Origin: the human T2T-CHM13v2.0 reference genome, Homo sapiens
Strand: one strand, 5' to 3'
NCBI RefSeq assembly: GCF_009914755.1
Contig: NC_060929.1
DNA: 64,000 nucleotides
The notes under the pieces: generated by a model
The model's input: the letters and a program-made list of their open reading frames with translations, nothing else
Told to the model about the DNA's origin: nothing
The model's database searches: none
Made by a program: the position numbers and the translations under genes
Shown here: positions 54,561 through 64,000 of the stretch, piece by piece
Layout: every line of letters begins with the position of its first letter
Numbering within the stretch: position 1 is the first letter of the stretch

Positions 54561-57309
54561 CTTCAGGAGTTCAATCACGGGATACAACAACTGCTCTGAG
54601 ATACACAAATTGTTGCTGATTCATCCTAAGTAAAAGAGGAAGTCTTCCATCTCTAGCAACCCTGGCCTAGGGGAAGGCAGGTTGAGGCAGAAAGGAAACT
54701 GAGTCAAATAAGTGCAAGTCTGTACCCCTGGCTCAGGTCCATAAACCCAGCAGCCAGCCCTATAACGCTCTCTCCCCGGTCCCGGTGGAAACCAGAGGAG
54801 GATCCTCTGGAAAAGCCGAGCTGCAGAGAGGAAAGGTCCCCAGGTCCCTCCTGCTCTGTGCAATGTAGGCTTGGTTCTGCCTCAGCAGTCAAATATGTGC
54901 AGACAGGGGCCCCCAGTGATGAGAGGCACAAGCTGGTGCTGAGCTCTGGTGCTGACATGCACCCTGCTTTGCTGGCAGCCCTCAGGTGCTTTTTTCCATT
55001 CGGTCCACCCATCCAGGGGAATCACCTGCTTCCTGCTGTTGCCCTATCTCCAGCTCAAGCCTCTGCAACCCAGTCTCACCAGGGCGGATAATCTTACTAA
55101 AACTCCAGTGTGGTCAAATCCCACTCCCTGCTTGGAACCCTTCTGTAGCTCCTCATACCCCTGATCAATTCTAAACTTCTTGCTGAAGCTCATGAATCTG
55201 CAGGTGCTTTGGCTTCCCCTTCTCTCTCTGCTCTCAACTCTACGCTTTCCCTCCCTCTGCACATGCTGCACTCTACTTTGAAGTCTTTGCATGGGACATT
55301 GTGCTTCTTGTAGTATTTTCCCTGTTATTCAAAACTGAGCTGGGTACTTCTTACATGTGCTCAAATTTCACCATCCTTAACCCATCCTAGTGAGCAAGGT
55401 CTGGATCCTGTTTCCAAGGGCTCCTCCAGGCCTGGCAGATGGTGGGGGCTCAAGGCTAGTGGGAGTGAACTCTTTAATTAGTGTTAGTGGTTACGGAGGC
55501 AGAGACTCTCAGCTCCATTTTAATGCCACAGTAAGGACTTGGTAATGCTGTTGTAGGTTTCCAGCAAAGTGTGAATTGCCTGGAGACCTACCAAGGTGTC
55601 AAGTAACAGAATTCAACAAGGTGTTAAGAACAAGAAAAAGAAACAGACTTCATTTTGATTAGTTGAACTTGTAGGTTTGACTAAACTTTAGACAGTGGAA
55701 AGGGTGTTGTAACTGTTGGCTCCATCCTTCCAAACCAAGCTTCTCTGAGAGAACACCGGACCAGCTGCCATGTTGTGGATGTGCCAGTGGCTGCACCCAA
55801 GGCTTGGCCACACCCTGTCTGGGGAATTGTCCAGCTTTTCCTCATCTCTGCTGTCACTTTGCTTTTACCATTTCTTGCTCAAATTTTCCATGTCTCAAAG
55901 ATAAAACAAAACTCAGGCAAACCCATATTTAATATCCTGGTGACTATCTTTAGTGCAGTCTAGTCTATAAGCCATGTTTAGGTGCCTGCACATGTATGTT
56001 AGCCCTAATCACCCCCGTGCCTCACCTCCATGTTCTGCATCTGACTTCACTCCTGAATATGCTCTAAATAAAAGGAGTTAAATTGGCTTCGTGGGAACTT
56101 GTGCCCTTGTTCCTTGTGTGCCAGGAAACGCCTGTATCTCTGTGTCAGGAATTTCGAGCTTCATTGCATCATCAAGCTCTTTTGTTTGGAAGACTCTAGT
56201 CTGCTACCATGAACTCTTAAGATAGGATAAATTAATTAGCTTTGGAAATTAATGCTATAAGCATAAAACGGGATATTATTGCAGAAGAATAGCAGACCTT
56301 AATATCAGAAATTTTGTTTTGTTCCCAGAAAATGAATCTAAATCTATTTGCAAAGGAGGATAGTTATTTTTGCACAAAATGACCTAAAATGAGTGTATTT
56401 ATGAATTGCTTTTAATCTTGAGGAGACTAAGTTATTTCATCTGTTGGTAATAAAAGTTTCTTCTTAAATAGTGTTTTATTTCCAATGCAGTTGGTCTCAT
56501 TACAAGTAAACCTGGAACAATCATACTGTACCTTTTTTTCCCTCTGGAACGTTATGCGAGTATGCTAAATCTGAACATTTTGACATCCTTATCTAAAAAT
56601 AGTCTGTGAAATACTTTTCATTTCTTAAATTTAGAAATAGATTTGGAGGCACTTTCAATGAATTATTTAGCCAGTCAGTGGAAAGTTTTCATTTTAGAAA
56701 AAGGAGTAATCACGTAGAAGATGACTGAATTTATAAAAATAATTTTCTTTCACGCCTACCAATACATGTGTGTTCTTTCTCTGCAAAGTAACCCATTGTA
56801 AGTGCAGTTCTCCTAGGCAAGCACTGAAGGGTGGTTGTTGCTGCTGCATAGTCCAAGATTAAAGTGTGAATGGCCTGTTTAAAATGTAAGAACCAAAGAT
56901 TGGAACTATCAGGGGTTGTCTAAGACTTATGATTTTTCATTAAATATTTGATTTTGAAGGCAAACAACACACCATGCAAAAGGGCATGCTGAATAATAGT
57001 TCTGATAAATCCACTCTAATTTATAGGGGAGAAACTCTTAGCAAGATAAAAAATCAAAAGGAAATTTCCTATACACTTTATAAAATGTTTATAAAAGCAA
57101 CAACATTTTAATAAAAATCGCTAACTCCAAATTCTTAGGAATGTAACATTGGAGGAATTATCATTAAGACGAAGACTAAAGAGGGTGTGTGCTCTTAATT
57201 CTGTTGGGTAACACTGTACTTAACCAAGCTGGTTGAACAAGGAGAAAAATGAAAGTATACAGAAAGGATAAGAAAAAATGATCACTAATTGTGGCTATTA
57301 CACATTGAC

Positions 57310-57515
57310 CTTGATATATAATAGCTGAATGAATTCGGCCATGTTATTTAACCTCTCTAAGCTTTAATATTTAATTTTTCAATTGAGAATATTAATACCA
57401 TATACTTCACAATTTTGTTGTTAAAATAAATTGGATAATGCATATAAGATTATTATTTTACAATAGTTGACAGAGAGTATGCCCTCTGTAAATTTTAGTC
57501 ATTTTTAGTATTAGC
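57310..57515 (+). mobile_element. MIR
   Basis: GGCCATGTTATTTAACCTCTCTAAGCTT...TTGTTGTTAAAATAAATTGGATAATGCATATAA. Confidence 0.75.
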
Positions 57516-57529
57516 TCCTGATAAACGAG

Positions 57530-58280
57530 AGACTCAATTGAAAACCACTAGCATTAATGGAGGGATTAATTACGTTAGGAGTGAAGCTTAACTACTTTCC
57601 AATATATAAGGAACAAAAAGTTAGCAAATATAATGGGGCAATAACTTTATTTACATGAATAATATATCTAGGAATATTTTATATGAATATATCAGCAATA
57701 ATATATCTAGGAATAAACATAAGCAATGGTCAGAATTTCCTTGGCATTAATCGTTTTAGGTCAGTTTTCTCAGGTACTTAATTGACCCTTAAATATATAG
57801 ACTCAGGTCCTTATTAATTTCCCAACTACACTTGAATTGTTCAGAATTTCTTGAAGAAAACTATCAAACTTTAAGGAATGCCATAAGAGAAGCTATCAAT
57901 GCATCCAAAGATAAAGCACATTCCCACTTATGAAGATGCAATGTTCTTTAAAAAGTATCAAATTTCCCATCTTTAATCTCTCAAATGAAGGCAGTCTCAA
58001 CCAAAATACACATGCAAGTATGGGAAGATTAATCACATGTCACTAACAGTATGGAAGATACACAAACAAGAATAACCAGGGCAGTTATATAAAGCAGATC
58101 TGTAGAGAATTACTTGAATTTTTGTGATATTAAAATGTATATGGTTTATAATTAAAAGAATAAAAATGGATAGCTGGAACAGAAATAGTTTCAAGTATAA
58201 ATGTGTCATTTCGAATCAGTGGGAAATTAATTTGAGCCTTCAAAAAAAGTGTTAGCTAACCATTTGGGAATAAAAACAGG
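57530..58280 (+). mobile_element. L1ME ORF2 fragment
   Basis: TATCTAGGAATAAA, GAAGAAAACTATCAAACT, ATCAGTGGGAAA, CTAACCATTTGG. Confidence 0.6.
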
Positions 58281-59041
58281 AAATTACAGTTTCCAGTTTC
58301 AGTATTCTAGTGTCAGTAATATCTAGTTGAGGCGGCCTCATAATCTAAATTTTTTCACACATCCCTCCAAAAAAATTGCATCAATAAGGAGAGCAAATGA
58401 AAGCATCCAAAAGTCATTCATAATTCATCCATAATGAGGAGAGAGAAATTAGCAAGCACCTATGTAATTTTTATGTTGAGAAATAAACTTTCACGTACAA
58501 GCTACCAGCAGAGCCGGATATGGAAACCATGCCCAGGTGGAATTAGGAAGAAATTGCACCGAAAAAAAAAAGTTGCCTGAACTAAACAATGTTCTTAGTG
58601 AAATAATGTATTTAATTTGGCACAAGTTTCTTATATTTATTTAACCAGTTACCAGTCGGTAGACAACACTTTCAGTAGCACCAGACTGAAGGACCAGAAT
58701 TATCTAAGAAGAAATGACTGAAAAACATAGACAAAAGGACTTAGGGTGTCCATTGAATAAGTGAATATACTGAGTTCTGCAGTGTATTCATTGAAACTGG
58801 AAGCATGGGTGAACATTTACAGTGTTTTCTAGGACACCTTCATTTTGTAAAACAAAAACAACAATAATAGTAAAAACAATATTATCTCTTTTCAAACTTT
58901 ATGGATACTCTGTAGATCCGAGAGTAAAATGAAAGTAGAGACAAGTGTGGGAGAACAGTATATGTAAATGTTATAATTTCTGAAAATATAGAGATAATCA
59001 AACTTATAAATGGGAGTAGTATTGACAAGGATATAGAGTAA

Positions 59042-60320
<1,279 letters not shown>

Positions 60321-60472
60321 ATTGAGAGGAAAAGAGAGAAGAAAAATAAAGTGAGTTCTTTCATCATTGCTTAAGTAATAAATGAGGTCAAAGGATATAA
60401 TTTAAAGCTAACAAAGCAAATAATACATACCTATTTAGGAACAGAGCACTAAAGAAGTACATATATGTGGGT

Positions 60473-60474
<2 letters not shown>

Positions 60475-60522
<48 letters not shown>

Positions 60523-60554
60523 GTGTATATATATGTATATATATGTATATATAT
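60475..60554. repeat. (TA)n microsatellite with TG interruptions
   Basis: Seen directly; ~36 bp uninterrupted. Confidence 0.97.
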
Positions 60555-60714
60555 AAAATGTTACCACTAAAAAATACAAAATATATATTCTAGCTACAAA
60601 TAAGTATAATGAAAAAGCAAAGAAAACTGCCCATATAGAGAAAAAACACAGTAAATGCAGTATTATATACACAGTAAAATTAAGATAAACTACTTGGCCA
60701 AGTTGGAAACTTTC

Positions 60715-60835
60715 AATCATATCATTAAATGTAAATGGGCTTAACTCACTTATAAAAGAAAATTTAAAAAACTACAAAATAAAACTTAACTCTATGCTTT
60801 TTACAAGAGACTCAAAGTGATTCCGGAAGGCTAAC
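60715..60835 (+). mobile_element. L1M ORF2 endonuclease N-terminal remnant
   Basis: TTAAATGTAAATGGGCTTAACTCA encodes LNVNGLNS; CTATGCTTTTTACAAGAGACT encodes LCFLQET. Confidence 0.75.
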
Positions 60836-60840
60836 AAAGA

Positions 60841-61610
60841 AGAACTCTCAGTTGTCTCCTATGTTTTGTTCCTTTCACATGCCTCATTATTGTGGGATTA
60901 TTTGTGTTTGTTTTTATGCACTTACTTGCACTATAAGAGGCTCACAGCTGATCTTGGATGTTTCTTGCCCCAGTCCTAGAATCAGCCATTTCTCCAAGGA
61001 GAGTCAAAGCTAGAAGTATTTGAACACCATTGGGTTATAATCATGAGTCCACACTGAAATAAACAAGTGATTAAATAGATAAATGAGGAGAATAGTCAAC
61101 TCTTTCCTGCAGAAGAATTCCAAATAATTCATGTAGATACTCTGTTTTTAAGGAAAGAGAGCAGAACCGCTCACTCCTTAAGTATGGGCTTCACAGGGTA
61201 ACTTACTACCAAAGAGTACAGTGGAAAGTGAGGGGAAAAAGGATAATTTACAGTGGAGAACTCTGACAAGCATTACATCAGCCCATTAACCAAGGTCAAC
61301 ACCAACAGCAAAAACTCATGTTGACAGTGTGTCCCCGTGCTATGATGTGATGAGAATGGCACTTTACCCAGGTAGTCTTTCTCCGTCAAGCACAAAATCC
61401 CAGTAAAATCAGGAGAAAAAACACCAGGCAACTTTCAGTAGAGGAATATTCTACAAAATACCTTATTAGTGTTCTTCCCAACTGTAAAGGTCATCAAAAA
61501 TGAGGAAAGCCTGGGAAATTGTCAGGACCAGGAGGATGATCCGGAAACATGAGGACTAAATGGAATGCAGTTATTTCTAATAAATATTTACATATGTGTT
61601 TCTTAGCTGT
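60841..61610 (+). mobile_element. L1MD/L1MC-type 3' UTR with an inverted 5' segment (60841-61001)
   Basis: CAGAAGAATTCCAAATAATTCATGTAGATACTC and TTTACAGTGGAGAA in sense; CTAGAATCAGCCATTTCTCCAAGGAG in antisense. Confidence 0.75.
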
Positions 61611-63879
61611 GGCCCTAGAAAGTGAATGGAAAAACATGGCACCCTGGGGAAAGGTCACTCCACACACCTAGCTCCTGCTTAAATATTTTTCCCCTTAAAG
61701 AAACTGGGATCCTTGCAGAAGTTCTTGATTTAGGTCTGAGATGAAAAAGCATTCTTTGAAAATGATCAACACAAGCTTCATCAACAGGGAGAGCTGTGTC
61801 TCTGAAGTGGGTAAGTATTCTAAGTTCGTCAAGTGATTTCACAGTTGGAATGATGGTGCAGGGTTTCTGAAAACGTCTTTATGTGTGTTTTAAAAGATGA
61901 TTTTCAGCATCTTTTTTTTGTTCGCAAGTAACAGCTACAATTTAAATAAAAGCTTTTTTTTAAAAAAAAAAAAAAAGGTCTACATTTTCTTCCTTCATTG
62001 GACTTCCTGCTGAGGCTGTTGACAAGATGTTTTGTTTAGTGCTTGTTCTATTCTATTTTTCCATATGAAGCAAGAGGAATACAGAAGCCAAAGTCAAACC
62101 TGGCTGCTTTCCCTAGAGGTCCTAAGCACACATGCACAGCATGAACTCGATGGAAACACTTAAGCATGCAGAAGGATTTCTAAAGATTAACAACCTTGAG
62201 GCATAAGATGGTGTCATTCAACAAAAGAAATTATTAAGATATTGATGCTTTTCAATCAGAATCATGGATCTTTTTCAATGTCAACTTTTTTGACATTTTT
62301 TAGTTACATTTTTAAATGGTGTAATCTGGCTTGGGAAGAAGTTTAGTTTTGATATAGAATAAAAAATCAGAAATAATTTTTAGGAAACTCAGTGGATGAG
62401 AGACCATGAGGAATGATAATGACATAGGATTAGATGTTTCCTCATATCCCATCAAAAAAGAATGAGATTCCCCCCTCCCCCCCTCCCCCGCCAGTAACTT
62501 CAAGTTATGTTACAAAGGAAAAAGAATGTTGCAGGGGGAAGTGAGTGGGGACTTTTGAAGAGAGAGGGCTCACTTGGCCTTGAGTCCACCTTCAGCCTTG
62601 GTTGGCCTGGAAGTCCAAGGAGCGTCCACCAGGCAGGGAGCCTGCAGGATCAGTGGATTATTTGCTTCCTCCTCCTGCCCTCAGGCTAGGTCCACTAACA
62701 GGAGGACCCACACTCTCGTCATTTCAACACCCGGGCATCACACTAAATGGTTCCTTCATCCAGACGCAGAGAGTCTCTTTCCTAAGCTGGGGAAATACTA
62801 TTCACGATCAATGGGAGACTTTCAACATGGCTGATCTACCTGGGAAGGAAACCAGACACAACCACGCTGTACCCTGGAGAAGGAACTAGGCTGGTGGATG
62901 AATTAAAAGCCACTCTCTGGTCCTGATGTGTGCCTTGTGATTACAGAGCAGTGTTTACAACCACACTTCTTCAAAGACAGCAACAATGGTGAGAAAAAAG
63001 GATGTGATCCCTGATGAAAACCACACACACCAAATGCAAGTGGGACTCTGCCCTCCCTCTGCCTAAGCACACTATGCTATTTACTTGGTGGCAGTCCCCA
63101 GATTAAGGCAGGGCAGCATTAGAGGCTGTTCCCCACCGAGCCCCACATATGAGGCCAGGGAGCAGCCCCTGCTATGGACACTTTCGTCAGCCAGTGATGA
63201 CCAAACCCCTCCAGTCCAGAGAGTGGAGAAGGCATCCATCATCTCACACTGCCTTCCTCACCTTGAAGCCACCTCTTACTCCCACCGTGGACCAGGACAG
63301 AGAGGCAGGCTTCAGGCTGCCACTTTCCTCAGCATCACAAGGCCCTCTTCTGTGCTTCCGGGCTGATCTCTTGGCCCTGATGGCCGATGATACCAAGAGA
63401 AAGAGATGGGCTTAAGGAAAAAGGAAATTAAGTTTTGGGGTCATTCAAATATGTGTTCATTAGAGACTAGTTAGTGGAATGCTCGTGTTCTGTGAATTCA
63501 TGGTTTTACATTTCTCTTCCAGGATAATTTGCCCACACATTTTTCTAGCAGCTCCTTTGAAGCTTTTCAGGAGAAGTGTGAATGACCCTGATACTCATCT
63601 AGCTTTTCCCAATACTGTGCTTGACACTAGTAAAATCACCCAGTGTCCTTGGATGTCAGTAGAGCAAAATCGTTTCATGTGAAGAATCTCTAGCACGATG
63701 CTTTGCAGGCATCGTGCCTCTCCCTAGAAAGTTCTTCCTGAGGCAGTTGTATTGATATGGTATTGATATGATAAAACTGTTGTCCTTCTGAGTTCCTGTG
63801 GCACTCCCTGCGGATAATCTGCAACTCCTGTGCCTTTGTCGGAGCTGTTTGTCTGGTGCCTACTGCAGCCCCAGCTCCA

Positions 63880-63990
63880 TGAGATTGAGATTCGCTTTCC
63901 TTTGCTCCCCTTGTATCCAGTGTGGAATGCAGAGCTGGGCACACAGAAGGTGCTTGATAAATGTGGTTTAATGAATGAAGAAATGAAATG
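63880..63990 (+). mobile_element. L2 3' end
   Basis: CTGGGCACACAGAAGGTGCTTGATAAATGTGG...AATGAATGAA. Confidence 0.75.
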
Positions 63991-64000
63991 ACGTCTGATC

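Noticed and set aside
54694-54707. GGAAAC-TGAGTCA as an NFAT:AP-1 composite site
   Set aside because: Spacing is non-canonical, and GGAAACTGAG is also the common MIR core motif
62469-62492. C-tract cluster as a minus-strand G-quadruplex
   Set aside because: Only three clear runs; a common low-complexity motif with no supporting context

Overview
Primate (very likely human) genomic DNA. It is AT-rich, CpG-depleted and roughly half interspersed repeats: Alu, L1, L2, MIR, MaLR/ERV LTRs and DNA transposons. I find no intact protein-coding gene, RNA gene, CpG island or CRISPR array. The ORF track is almost entirely repeat-derived or chance ORFs. Most L1s and LTRs in the first ~43 kb are on the minus strand, which weakly suggests a large intron of a plus-strand transcript. 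I cannot demonstrate a new biological system. The best leads are: (1) a possible decayed SOCS-box (ASB-like) terminal exon on the minus strand at ~8.5-8.65 kb; (2) a diverged local duplicate of a hAT-like transposase fragment inserted into an L2, plus several other templated insertions/duplications; (3) a tandem pair of perfect ETS/GABPA sites at the end of an LTR40-like element; (4) a PBX/HOX/MEIS motif cluster in repeat-free DNA at ~23 kb; (5) a chain of AT-rich palindromes at ~16.4-16.7 kb; (6) a full-length Tigger1 fossil with nested insertions, and two 5'-inverted old L1s. Repeat subfamily names come from my recall of consensus sequences and need RepeatMasker/Dfam confirmation. Boundaries of old repeats are approximate.
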